From contig NC_043001.1 of assembly GCF_006345805.1 (NCBI RefSeq), positions 29,202,001 to 29,266,000 on the forward strand: DNA of 64,000 nucleotides, given 5' to 3'. The DNA is from Octopus sinensis (lineage: Eukaryota). Positions 23,762-37,246 of this stretch are shown one piece after another. A program made the translations under genes and the position numbers. The notes beneath the pieces were generated by a model. The model was not told where the DNA came from and ran no database searches. It worked only from the letters and a program-made list of their open reading frames with translations. Positions within the stretch are counted from its first letter, which is position 1; every line of letters starts with the position of its first letter.

Positions 23762-25896
23762 GTAAGAAACATAAATATCTTCATTTTGTATTATCATTTG
23801 CTCTATTAACAAAGTAATCATCATCATCATCATAATTATCGTTTAACGTCCGTTTTCCATGCTAGCTTGGGTTGGATGGTTCGACTGGGGTCTGGGAGGC
23901 CAGTCTGATCTGACAGTGTTTCTACAGCTGGATGCCCTTCCTAACACCAACCACTCCGTGAGTGTAGTGGGTGCTTTTTATGTGCCACCGGCACAGGGGC
24001 CAGGGGAGGCTGGCAAACTGCCATGATCAGCTGGTGCTTTTACGTATCACCGACACGGACGCCAGTTAGGTGGCGCTGGCATCTGTCATGTTCAGACAGT
24101 GCTTTTTATGTGTCACCGGCACGGATATCTTCAGTCTGTGGGAAAGTAATATCGATAATAATTCCTTAAAAAGACATAAAATCTGAGATCTTTAAAAGAA
24201 AGCAAAATGGGAAGATGTGATGTTTGTACTTAATTTTCACCAAGTGATTATTTATGGAAATCACAACTTAATATCCAACTCTTGTTACTAGGAACTTAAA
24301 GCTGTTCTTTGACATCTGTCAATGAGAATCATGATGATTTCTAATAAATGTACATGATTACAAATTTTGGTAGCAGGGTTGTGTTGAATTAACCCCAACA
24401 CTGGAATTTTTCTTGTTAATATTGGTCACCAGAAGGATGCAAAGTAAAGTCAACCAACTGTGATTTGAGCTTAAACAACACAAACTATTTTGACTGCTTC
24501 TCTAAAAATTCTGTCATTCACTGAGAGCCCTTTCGGCCATGATACAGACCATGGGATTGCACCTAGAAAGTTACCCTCCCAGGCACAAGTCCAGGCATGG
24601 TTGTTTATGAAAGACCAGCAGCCGCCCATGCATACCGGCCTCCTCTCTCCACACCACCAGTGTTATCCAAGGGAAAGGCAAAGGTCGATACAGCTTGGCA
24701 CCTGTGACATCACAACTCATTTCTACAGCTGAGTGAACTGGAGCAACGTGAAATAAAGTGTCTTGCTCAAGAACACAACACACAGCCCAGTCTGGGATTC
24801 AAACTCAAAACCTCACGATCGTAAGCTCGATGCTCTAACCACTGAGCCATGCGCCTTCACTGAGCTATGTCATTCACTATTGTCCTAAGAATAAATACAA
24901 AGGTAGCTATGAGGACTGGCATATAAGCTGAGGAACCAAGCACACACAGATATAATTAAGATGAATGATATAATACATCCTTCTGTCTTCAATAGGAATT
25001 TAAATTTGAAAGGATGTGAAAATAGCTTAGAAGTTCTGTTTTAATATCGAAAACAAAAGAATATATATTCGTTGAGAAAGACCAAAATTTATCCACAATA
25101 AACTAGTTCAAAAATAGCAAATTAAATTAGAGATAGTAAATGTAGGCTATGCAGTGAACAACAAAAAATAACATTATCTCCAATTCTCTGATTTCAGCCA
25201 AGTCAATATATATACATAGGTAGGTTTAACCAATGAGAGAACCTCTATGTAGTAATTTGACATGTTGAAAATAGCAGCAAAAAGTTTCCTCGAATCACAT
25301 CAAACCAAAATGATTATAAAAAATGAAGATGGAATAGTCATTGCTGATTATAGGTATGAAGGCTAAGCAATTACAACCGAATAGTATAGTCACTACAATA
25401 CCAAATTAAACTCATAACAAATAATATGAGCACATATAAAAATATGGAGTCTCTAAAAATAGTTATAATATGGTGATGCAAAGTGATAGGGAAAAGCAAA
25501 CCACCCAGACATTATTATTAAAGATTAAGTTACAAAATTACAAAAGGATATATTTGTTCAGTCAAGGTAGATATGGATTTCAGTTTAGATACGACATATG
25601 AATCGTTCATTCTGTTTGGAGCAATAGTAGTTTAAACAAATATTGACAAATCATACGGCCATGGATCTGGGTATAAATATCTACATTTCAATAAGCAGCT
25701 TCATGTGACTGTACACATTCTATGTAAAAAGGAGTAATTAAATAATTTGTCTGACACTACTGATTCTACATGTTATCACTCAAATAACATTCTAACATAG
25801 GCCCAGTTCATAAATTCTGATTAAAAAAAGAAAAGTAACGGTACTGTCTCGAGTCACACCAGCTCATAAGGGTCAGTTTCTCAGTTTCATGGCATA

Positions 25897-26391
25897 TAGT
25901 GATCCCTCACTACTTCGTGGTTCAACTATCGCAGATTCACGACTTCATGGATTTTAAAAATATATATATGAACGCCTAAAATTTTTCATTAAATCCAATA
26001 AAATATTAATAATAAATATCATTTCCTAGTCTAGGAACAACAAAACAAGTGTAAAATAGCAAAAAAGCATATACAGGAGTATTTGAACTTAAGATGGGCT
26101 GTGATTGGTGCACTGGAGAGAAACGATGAATCACAGCTTTCTATTTTGTAATCTGGTCTGTGTAACAGTAACAATCTTTATTTTTTAAAATCTAAAGTAT
26201 TATTGCTTGACATTTGTCCTTGTTATTAATAGACTACTGTAATGGGTGGGTTGTTAACAGTACAGGGAGGGTTTTAAAAGTCCAAATACACGTTAAATAA
26301 ATACTGTAAATATGGTGTCCTTACTTCGCAGAAATTCAGTTATCACGGCTGGTCTTAGAACCAATCAACCGCGATAAACGAGGGATCACTG
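25897..26391. mobile_element. pogo/Tigger-like MITE nested in a CORE-type SINE
   Basis: TA|tagtgatccctc...tcgtggtt and aaccgcgataaacgagggatcactg|TA form the TIRs. The SINE sequence continues on both sides. Confidence 0.8.
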
Positions 26392-27052
26392 TATATATTT
26401 ATTCCCCACCTGGATGGGACGCCAGTTCATCACAGGATTACTCATTTTTGCCAGCTGAATGAACTGGAGCAACATGAAATGAAGTGTTTTGCTCAAGAAT
26501 ACAGCACATCACCCAGTCTAGGAATTGAAACTACAATCTTATAATCATGAGTCCAGCATCCTAACAACTAAGTCACATGCCTCCACAAAAAATTCTAGTG
26601 GAAGAATGTAGTTGATAAATCAAGTACCAGTTGCATACTGGGGTCTATCTAATCGACTTCTCTGTCCCCAAAAATTTCGGGCCTTGTGCCTAGAGTAGAA
26701 AAGAGAATATTAAACAGATGCAACAAAATACCATAATAAGCATTTTGTCTATTTCTTATGATCTCTGTCATCAAAATTATCAACAGTTTCTGATTTAGGA
26801 AGAAAGCCAGTAATTTTTGAGTAGGTGGTTTAGGGGATAACATCAATTCCAGCACTTGACCAGTCCTTTTTTTTATTGACCATAGAAGGATGAAAAGCAA
26901 AAGTGCCTCTGGCAGGATTTGAATTCAGAAAGTCAAGAGCCAGATCAAAGCCCACAAAGTATTTTTTCTGATGCTCAAGCAATTCTGCCAACCCTCTACC
27001 CTTAATAACTGTTTTTAACATTTCTGCCAGTTCACTGATAGTAATGATAATG

Positions 27053-27106
<54 letters not shown>

Positions 27107-27110
27107 TAAT

Positions 27111-27609
27111 AAGTGCTATCATGTACATTGTTTTGTCTTGGTATAAAAGATGGGCTACAGCAAATATTCTACTCAATACCACAGATTTGCTTGTCAGTTG
27201 TTTGACCTTAACTAGTTGAGCATGTCCCTTAGTGGCTGCAGGTATGTGCATCTCTGATCATGAGCAGAAGTAGTGGAGGAGCATCATAGCCATGTGTTGA
27301 GAGGGATTCTTTGGGATTTGAATAATTCACCTCTGGAAACATGAGTGTTTCATTCAACATCCTTAAACAACCCTTATTCAGGGACATTTTGAGAGGGATG
27401 GGTTACTCGACCTGAAGAAAATTCTAAATGGGCCCCACCTGCAAGGTCATGTGCTGTTTATCTTGATATGAGATCACCATGTCATGCACGTATGGTTATG
27501 ATGCATGTGTCTAGTGTACCCTTATCGGATGGGTAGTCATGATGGGTATACTAGGCTTCGTATATTTTACCCCAGTGTCATTTTGATGGCATGCGCTGCT
27601 CTCTCACTC
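27111..27609 (+). mobile_element. Retroelement 3' region inserted in an (AAT)n microsatellite
   Basis: About 500 bp of complex sequence flanked on both sides by (AAT)n, with no convincing ORF. Confidence 0.55.
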
Positions 27610-27644
<35 letters not shown>

Positions 27645-27646
27645 CG

Positions 27647-27696
<50 letters not shown>

Positions 27697-28118
27697 CATC
27701 ATCATCATCGTTTAACGTCCACTTTCCATGCTAGCATGGGTTGGATGATTTGACTGAGGACTGGCGGACCAGATGGCTGCACCAGGCTCCAATCTTGATC
27801 TGGCAGAGTTTCTACAGCTGGATGCCCTTCCTAACGCCAACCACTCCGAGTGTGTAGTGGGTGCTTTTATGTGCCACTGGCACGAGGGCCAGTCAGGCGG
27901 TACTGGCAACGGCCATGCTCAAATGGTGTTTTTTTACGTGCCACCTGCACAGGAGCCAGTCCAGTGGTACTGGCAATGTTTTTTCATATACCACCAGCAC
28001 AAGTGCTAGTAAGGCAACGCTGGTAAGGATGGTGCTTTTTATGTGCTTTTTGAGGTGTAAGCCTTTCTGTGACTTTCATCACCTGGTCCGGCAATATATA
28101 TATATATATATATATATA

Positions 28119-28946
28119 TCATCATCATCATCATCATCGTTTAACGTCCGTTTTCCGCGCTAGCACGGGTTGGACGGTTCGACCGGGGTCTGGGAAGCCA
28201 GGGGCCGCTCCAGGCTCCAGTCTGATTTGGCAGAGTTTCTATGACTGGATGCCCTTCCTAACGCCAACCACTCCGTGAGTGGATTGGGTGCTTTTTACGT
28301 GCCACCTGCACAGGGGCCGGGGGGTCCGGCATCGGTCACGATCGGTTCGAGCTTTTAACGTGCCAGCGGCACGGGGGCAACTGGGTCCGGGGTACTTTGG
28401 GGATCCGGGGTACTTTGAATGGGTAGGGGGTATGTGGAATTGCTGCAGAAAGCAGCCCGGGTCTTTGCAGTGACAGCATATCTCCAGAGATCTCGGTCCT
28501 TCGCCATTGCCTCAGTGAGGCCCAATGCTCTGAGGTCATGCTTGACTACCTCATCCCATGTCTTCCTGGGTCTACCTCTCCCCCTGATACCTTCAACTGT
28601 TTGGGAGTGGCACTTCTTCACACATCTCTCTTCATCCATCCGCAGCACATGACCATACCATCGCAAGCGTCGCTCTTGCACACCACATCTGATGCTTCTT
28701 ATATCCAGCATTTCTCTTAGGATGCTTACACTCTGTCTTGCGTGCACACTGACACTACACATCCAGCGGATCATGCTAGCTTCATTTCTTTCAAGTCTAC
28801 GCATGTCCTCTGCAGTCACAGCCCATGTTTCATTACCGTGAAGCATGGCAGTTCGCACACATGCATCATACAATCTACCTTTCGCTCTGAGGGAGAGACC
28901 TTTTGTTGCCAGTAGGGGTAGGAGCTTTCTGAACTTTGCCCAGGCT
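28119..28946 (-). mobile_element. 5'-truncated RTE-clade LINE (ORF C-terminus, 3' UTR and (GAT)n tail)
   Basis: Open frame AWAKFRKLLPLL...KGRLYDACVRTAMLHGNETW...RRLRWYGHVLRMDEERCVKK...RGRGRPRKTWDEVVKHDL. Flanked by (TA)n. Further fragments lie at about 32480-32600 and 46030-46160. Confidence 0.92.
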
Positions 28947-29044
28947 ATATATATATAAATTTCATTCATACCATTTTTCTGGACTGCCATATTAGCTTGG
29001 TGATAACTATTATATATATATATGTATATAGATAGATAGATAGG

Positions 29045-29122
<78 letters not shown>

Positions 29123-29724
29123 TAGATATAGATATAAATATGTGGGTGTGTGTGAGTGTCTGTGATATGTAAATATTTTCATATATGTATATGATATATA
29201 CATGTATGTATATATACATCTATATGCATATATACAAATATATATCAATATATATATACACACACACACACTCACATGCACATGCACATGCACACACACA
29301 CATATATGTATATCGTGTATGTAATACACACATACACACACACATAAATGATGATCTTCTACACAGTGTCTATCTACCAAATCCACTCACAAGATATTGG
29401 TTAATACAGGGCTATAGTGAGAACAATAGAAGCCATTTGCCCCAAGGTGACACACAGTGGGACTGAACACAAAACCATGTGGTTGCAGACTTAGCTACAT
29501 AACCACATAACTCTCATGCAAAAATTTATGGATGTGAAAAACACCACATAACCTATTAAAGCATTATTACATGTAACTGTGTTAAAAAAACTCTTGTTAA
29601 CTACTGCATCAATCCCATGTAATTGTATGTTGTAGATACTGTAACAACATAATTGAACGAAATTGAAACTGAATATCTTATTGAATATCTAGAGAGATAT
29701 TCTATACATACATGCATATATACA

Positions 29725-29755
<31 letters not shown>

Positions 29756-29756
29756 T

Positions 29757-29985
29757 GATTGTAACTGCATGTGGACTGTAGGCAATTTTTCCTTATTTTT
29801 TTCCTTATTTTTCCTTCTTTCTCATAGGACTTTCTTGTTTCTGATGAAGAGCTATGCTTGAAACATTAACAACAACTCTCTACATTCACTGAGCATCAAA
29901 TTAATATATTTCTTGTGCATGCCTTCATGTTCGTTTTTTTCTTGTTTTTTTTTTCTCTTTTTCATTGCTTGTTTATTTGAGTTAA
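29757..29985 (+). mobile_element. Short non-coding element with a minimal hammerhead motif (Penelope pLTR-like)
   Basis: gttt CTGATGA a GAGC tat GCTT GAAAC att aac at 29837-29870. Homologous copies lie at about 47150-47370(-) and 63690-63900(-). Confidence 0.62.
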
Positions 29986-31392
29986 CTATTTATATCTAAG
30001 CATATATACATAAATCTATAACACATACAACTAGAGCATAACATTAAGGAAATATTTCATTACGCACATGAATCTAGTCACTTGCTATCACTATATATAA
30101 CTACATAAAGATGTTCTTTATTACATGTATGGAAAACATTAAGTTTATACTAGTAAAATTATTGTCTTTTATTATCACACAAAAGGAGTGGAAATTATAT
30201 ACAACCTTTTGTCAGTGAGGTTAATGTTTTTTTTGCTTTCTTAGGTTCTTATTTAGTTTAATATTTTATCTTAAAATATTTCTTTGATAAACTTGAAATA
30301 ATCAAGGTAACTCAATACACACAAAATATTTTTTATATTTTGGTAGTTATTTAAATCTGTTAATTTCTTTTCTTTTTTTTTTCATATTACTTTCACTCTT
30401 CAATTCCATTTGTTTTTTTTCTTTTCTTTTATTTTATCTACTTTAATTTCTTCATCCCATATAGCTTTGTAAAATTTTTTTCTTGAATCCTCTCCAAGGT
30501 CATTCAACCATTTTACAGTGACATTATCAAATACACTTTCATTTAGTGTAATTTTACTGATGGCCCAACCCTCTCTTTTGTTTTTCAAATAATAACTTGG
30601 TAAATAAGACATTTGATACATTTTTGCTTGGTGTCAAGGAGACAAAATAATTTCTTATTTTGATAACAGTTTTTGTAATGGCTGCGTGGTTAGAAAGCTC
30701 ACTTTGCCACCACACTATACAGCATCTTAGGCAAGTGTCTTCCACAATAACCTTAGGCCAACCGTTGCTTTGTGAGTTAATATGGTAGATGGAGACTGTG
30801 TGGAAGTTCATCATACATATACATGAGTGTCCCTGTATGCATGTGTGCATGTTTCTTTGTGTTTGTGTTTGTCCTTGCTTCACAACCTGTCCCCATATCA
30901 TGTTAGTTTAGCAAAAGGGTAGAATAAGAACCAAATTTTAAAAATAAATATGGGGTCAATTTGTTCTACTAAACTATGTATCGTGGAGGCGCGTGGCTTA
31001 GTGGTTAGGGTGTCAGCATCATGATCATAAGATTGTGGTTTCAATTCCTGGACCGGGTGACGCATTGTGTTCTTGAGCAAAACACTTCATTTCACGTTGC
31101 TCCAGTCCACTCAGCTGGCAAAAATGAGTAATGCTGTGATGGACAGGCGTCCCGTCCAGCTGGGGAACACATACGCCTTGGAAACCGGGCCCATGAGCCT
31201 GGCTAGGCTTTAAAAGGGTGCATTTATTTTTATTATTAAACTATGCAAGGCATTGCTCCAGCATGACCACAGTCCAGTTACTGAAACAAATAAAAAAAGA
31301 ATTATTTATCTGTTTCATGCCATAATAACCAATACTGCAGATAAATATTAACTCTTTATCATTCAGATTACTCTATCAAATGTCATGCATAT

Positions 31393-31475
31393 GGCATAGT
31401 GGTTAAGAGCATGGGCTACTAACCCCAAGATTCTGAGTTCGATTCAAAGCAGTGACCTGAACAATAATAATAATG

Positions 31476-31508
<33 letters not shown>

Positions 31509-31649
31509 TCGAAAAATACCTTAGGAATGAGAACCCAGGTTCAACATTTCCCCAAGACACCCAAAGAAGGCTGGAGGGTATATCAGTCGAAATGTGTTAA
31601 CAACAAACAAGATGGGGACAAATATCCACCAAATGTAAATAATGTAAAT
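31393..31649 (+). mobile_element. tRNA-headed SINE-like element with a decayed hammerhead in the tail and a 14-bp TSD
   Basis: A box tggcatagtgg, B box gagttcgattc, (AAT)n linker, hammerhead-like fold at 31557-31597. TSD aatgtcatgcatat at 31379-31392 and 31650-31663. A tail fragment also lies at about 46605-46688(-). Confidence 0.72.
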
Positions 31650-32381
31650 AATGTCATGCATATCTATTAACATTATTTTGAATTAATCATGTACTATCTT
31701 GCTGCTGCAACATTTTGATGATGCAATTACTTATTTTTAGAGTGACATTGTGGGGTAGGTGTGAAAGGCTGGATCTGGCCAGTTTCAACATAAAACAGGT
31801 AGAATATTTGAGCTTGATATCACCAGTTTAAATGCTAAAGGATTAATGAATTAATGACTGCATAATACCAAGATAGCTGATCAGACTAATCCACAATGAT
31901 GAATGTTGAAATTTTGGTGGATCTGCTTCTCTTGTCATTGTTATCATCAGCATCATCATTTAATGCCTGTTTTCCATGCTGGCATGGGTTGGATGGTTTG
32001 ACAGGAGCTAAGCCAGCTAATGAGCTGCCCATAATCCATGCCTATTTTGATGTGTTTTCTTGGGTTGGATTCCCTTCCTAACACCAACCTCTTTACAGAA
32101 TGTACTGCATGCTTTTATGCAGTACTGGCATGGGTGTGGCACTGGTATATGTGTTTTTGAAGGCGGTGAGCTGGCAGAAACGTTAGCATGCCGGGCTAAG
32201 TGGTATTTCTTCTGCCGTTACGTTCTGAGTTCAAGTTCCGCCGAGGTTGACTTTGCCTTTCATCCTTTCGGGGTTGATAAATTAAGTACCAGTTACGCAC
32301 TGGGGTCAATATAATTGACTTAATCTGTTTGTCTGTCCTTGTTTGTCCTCTCTGTGTTTAGCCGGTAAAATTAGGAACACT

Positions 32382-32448
32382 CAGTTGGAGAGAGATGCAG
32401 TTGGAGAGAGATGCAGTTGGAGAGAGATGCAGTTGGAGAGAGATGCAG
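32382..32448. repeat. 16-bp minisatellite, 4 copies
   Basis: (cagttggagagagatg)4 followed by cag. Confidence 0.95.
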
Positions 32449-33262
32449 GGCAACCATACTTTAATGTACCTTGACATGTCTTCTCAGGCACAGCAAACTG
32501 CCAGGTGGCTCAGTCCCTTGTCATCTTCTTTGTGAGGCCCAACGTCTGAAGATCCTTTCTCACTACTTCATCCCACGTCGTCCTGGGTCTACCCCTTCCA
32601 CATGTCCTCTCTACAATTTGAGACCATAATTTGAGATTGGCATCTCTTCATGCCACCGTATTGTGCCATAATTTTTATGATTCTAATTCATTCTGAAACT
32701 CTGCTTCTAGTTAAAAGCATAGAACACCAGCTACAAAATATAGTTTCTCAAGACTTGAATCGGGGTTCACTAGATTTCTGAAAATCTCTGTATACCTTCT
32801 TATCTAGAGATAAGAGTACAATAAAGATAACACTTTTATTGATAGTTAATGTAACAGTGTTCAATAATCCATTACTATCACTGATATAGTGTATTGTGAT
32901 AACTGGAACAAGATAAACAATAGCTTTGTGTGACACAGCACACATTCTATGTAAACTTCCAAAATTATCTGAATGGGTGGGTGCAATTTTTAAGCACTTT
33001 ATCTCCTTTCCAATAGATAGCTTTATTCAGCATATTTATTTTATATTAAATGTTGTAGCAAGTTGCTCTTTTGAATATGCAAACAACAATCAGTATTAAA
33101 TGTCTGGAGTTGCATCATTTAGATGAACATCTACATGATTTCCAACCTCTGAGGTTTTGTGTAGAAGGGCTTAGAAGACGCCTTTCTAGAGCCAGAGGGC
33201 ATCTGGCTGTAAAAGTCTGTCTTCACAAATTCCATCCGATCCGCATAAGTATTTGAGAAAAG

Positions 33263-33460
<198 letters not shown>

Positions 33461-33540
33461 CACTTATACATGAATTAATTCTTGTTTTTGCTTTTCTTGT
33501 TCATTACCTGTTTCCTTTCTTGTTCTTTTTTTCTTTTTAG

Positions 33541-33672
33541 GCGGCCCGTGTAAACTCTGCATGCAAGCGTTTCCATAACGATGCTTTATCATTCGCAGCC
33601 AATGGATATAAAGCTCTACCTCAAGCTGAACTTGATTCCTATGTTTTATTCACAAGCAATGCAAAACTCAGG
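33541..33672 (+). CDS. GRL-like 7TM protein exon (loop after TM6)
   Basis: Long pyrimidine tract tttttag|GCG...AGG|gtaatg; AARVNSACKRFHNDALSFAANGYKALPQAELDSYVLFTSNAKLR; 132 nt, phase 0-0. Confidence 0.92.
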
Positions 33673-33983
33673 GTAATGTATTAACTATATACACTACATA
33701 CATATATATGAATACATACACTCACCTTCTCCTCATACTTACACACACTCACATACATATTTAGACTTATATTGGAAAAAAGTGACAATAGTTCGATAGT
33801 TTGTGACTGAAAATTGCAAAGATCAATGTCTACTTATTATTAGTGTGTTACTAAGTTGCTACTTGTTGCCACACTGCTGGTAAAAATATTTGTTGATCAT
33901 GCGCATACCTTCATAAATTATTCAAAGTGAAAATCTTATTTTAAAGACTGTGTTGTGTTGTTTATATGTTGAAAGACATATAG

Positions 33984-34023
<40 letters not shown>

Positions 34024-36806
34024 TCACATACTCAACACATACACACACACTCACATACATGTACACACACATACACGAACAACCCCTCCACCCAAAATAA
34101 CTGAATGCATTATATATATAAATATATATCTGTTTCTTTATTGCCCACAAGGGGCTAAACATAGAGGGGACAAACAAGGACAGACAAACGGATTAAGTCG
34201 ATTACATCGACCCCAGTGTGTATCTGGTACTTAATTTATCAACCCCGAAAGGATGAAAGGCAAAGTCGACCTCGGCGGAATTTGAACTCAGAACGCAACG
34301 ACAGACGCAATACCGCTAAGCATTTCGCCTGGTGTGCTAAATATATATCAACATCGCCATTACTGGCACCTATGCTGGTGGCATGTGTAAAAGATTTGAG
34401 TGAGGTTGTTGCAAGTACCACCTGACTGACCCCCGTGTGGTTGGTGTTTGGAAGGGCATCCAGCTGTTGAAACTCCACCAGATCAAGATTGAAGCCTGGT
34501 GCAGCCATCTGGTTCGCCAGCCCTCAGTCGTTTGTCTGACCCATGCTAGCATGGAAAGCGGACGTTAAACAATAATGATGATGTATATATAGTCTTTTTG
34601 ATGTCTGCATTGTGTTGACAGACTTGCACGTAAAATTCCTGCATTTTTAATCAAAACTTGTTAATTACTAAAGTGACAACACTACCTATTTATCTATCTT
34701 TCACACATACACACACACTCTATCTCTCTCTCTCTCTCTCGCACTCTCTCTCTCTCTCTCTCACTGTATTTCTCTCTCAACAACTTTTTCTCCTCTTCTC
34801 CCCTCTCTCTACACAAATACTGTTATAGACAGATGCACAGACAGACAGAGACCAACTGTTTTATAATAAAAGATTATGCTTTTAAAGAAAAGACATTATC
34901 CAACTTTATTTAACTTTAATTTGTATTTGTTACTTGTAAATATAATTTTGGAGGAGGTCAATCCAGCCTTTATTTGTAAGGAAAGATCTGTATAAAAACA
35001 TTAAGTAGCATAGCTGTAGTCAATGATCTAATTTCATATGCATTATTTATGGGTGAAATAAATTTCAAAGATACATCGTCCCATACAAAAACTTCTGGAG
35101 TTAGTTATAAATATATTGCAATGTTCAAAACCCTTCTCTATTATCAGGTATCTCAGGGCTGCAAGTTTTTCACCCCTTAACCTGTATGCTTTGCTTGAAT
35201 AGGTATGGAATTAGTTTTTTCCTATGGACAGATTTCACCTATGTTCAGATGAAAACAACTCAAGATGCTGTAATAATTTGTTACACATGGCTAGTATTAA
35301 TGACAAACAACAAACATTTTCAGTTTTGAAAGGCTCACAACCGGCTAAATAAATAGAAATCATAAGTGTACACATATGGCTTTGCACTCACTTAAGCACC
35401 AACAATTGTCTTTGGTTAACCCAAGGCTACAAAAGAAGGCACTTGTGTATGGTCTCGGTAGTCCTGAGTTTTCTCATTAATTTAGTCTTTCTTCCCATTG
35501 GAGTAAAGATAGGTGAAACCACAGGTAAAATGGCCACTAAATACTGGCTGTAATAGCAAATTGGTTATGCCTGTGATATAGTTTTTGCTATATAGCTGCA
35601 GGCCAGCCTTCATTAAATAGACCTATTTTCAAAGACTCTTAAACTGTGACTATACCATCTTTTCATATATCTGGAACTAAAACAGTATAGTTTCCTTGTA
35701 ATTAAACAGTAGAGTATGATTTGAGGAAAAATTTGGCTGCTATTTCTAATGAACCAAATTACTATATAAAGTTATTATTATTTTTTGCTGTGTTAGAGTT
35801 GATTCATACTCCTGAGGTGCTTTACAATTAAGCAGGAAACTTTCTAATGAATCTTATGTGTGTGTATGTGTGTATATGTGTATATGGATGTGTGTATCAG
35901 AATTGTACATACACATCCTCTGGGGCCACATCTATTGTTACTCATCACCTGCCTTTACCTTTGTCCACCTCTGTTATTGCCAATCACTCTGCTCTTAACT
36001 CCACCCAATTTTCAAATATCCTTGCTTGGTGGGGTGTGGGTGAGATTTGAGTGAGACTTAATTGTCATTTCAAGTAGGTTGAGCAACAATGTAAAGTCTC
36101 CTTTGCTTTTTTTAGTTTGTTGGCACTGATGTAATCAGTATTTGACTTTCACTTGTTCAAATCAATGTCCATAGAGAAAATATAGATAGATGGAATTTTG
36201 AAGGACTATAGTTCCATAGAAGAATGTTTTGAAAAAAATGTATGGCAAGGATTGCTCACTCGTCATGTGGCTGACCAGTTTTATAAGTGCTGGTGATCAT
36301 GGACCTTCAGGCCAAAGTTTGAAGATTTATACAGAAGTGATTTCCCATTGCCTTCTGTTTATTTACAGTTTATTCCACTACCTTCATGCTTTCCTGAGCT
36401 TAATCTCAAAGCATGAGGCCTATTTAACTCTTAGGTGGAAGGACCGATTCACATGATATCAAGTATATATCCAGATGAGGTGGTGAAGTATGATCTTCAA
36501 ATGTGTCTCATGAAGGCAATGACAAGTGATTGAGACCTTTGGTGATTTGCTGTACTTGAGAAGATACATCAAGCTAAGTGAAATTGTAGTCATGGCCAGT
36601 GACGTATAAATGGCACCCAGTACACTCTGTAGAGTGGTTTGTGTTAGGAAGGGTATTCAGACTTAGAAACCAAGCTGAAACAGACTAGAGAACTCCAGCT
36701 TACCAACTCCTAGTCAAACCATCATACCCGTTCTAGCATGGAAAACAGATGCTAAATGATGATGATGATGATGATGATGGTGATGGTGATGATGATGATG
36801 ATGATG

Positions 36807-36838
<32 letters not shown>

Positions 36839-37111
36839 CATAGTGACTATGTTTCAATATGGTTGACTAAGTTCAGATTGTTGTATCTTCTTGAAGGATG
36901 ATACTAAGATTTCCTTCACAGGAATAGCATATTTTTTTTTTATTGCAGTTAGGTATTTCTGCTATATTTTGATAATGGCTCGCTTTAACAGCATACAGAG
37001 TTGCTTGTGGGTGAGTGGGGATGAAAAAAATACCATGTTTATATTTTGCAATAATTTTTCTCTATCATGGTTCTCACCAAATAATCTTTCAATTCTTCTT
37101 TATACTTTCAG

Positions 37112-37246
37112 GCCAAACTGTTCCAGATTCCAATAATGGCTCATTACTTAGTAGGAGTTTTGGTTTTCGCTTGTTTCCTCTTCCCAATCCTTTTCCAGAC
37201 AGGTGTCTTGAAAATTAAACCTGCAAAGAAATCATGGTATTCTTGA
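37112..37246 (+). CDS. GRL-like 7TM protein terminal coding exon (TM7)
   Basis: ctttcag|GCC...TCT TGA; AKLFQIPIMAHYLVGVLVFACFLFPILFQTGVLKIKPAKKSWYS*. Confidence 0.9.
   Translation, partial: AKLFQIPIMAHYLVGVLVFACFLFPILFQTGVLKIKPAKKSWYS

Noticed and set aside
28355-29386. 343-aa ORF as a host gene
   Set aside because: The N-terminal half is translated microsatellite and the C-terminal half is an RTE LINE fragment.
30245-30306. Exon-like segment (ttcttag...aag|gtaact) in the receptor intron
   Set aside because: It has stop codons in the required phase, and the model is complete without it.
32382-32448. CRISPR-like array
   Set aside because: Contiguous identical 16-mers with no spacers in a eukaryotic context. 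No CRISPR array is present in the window.
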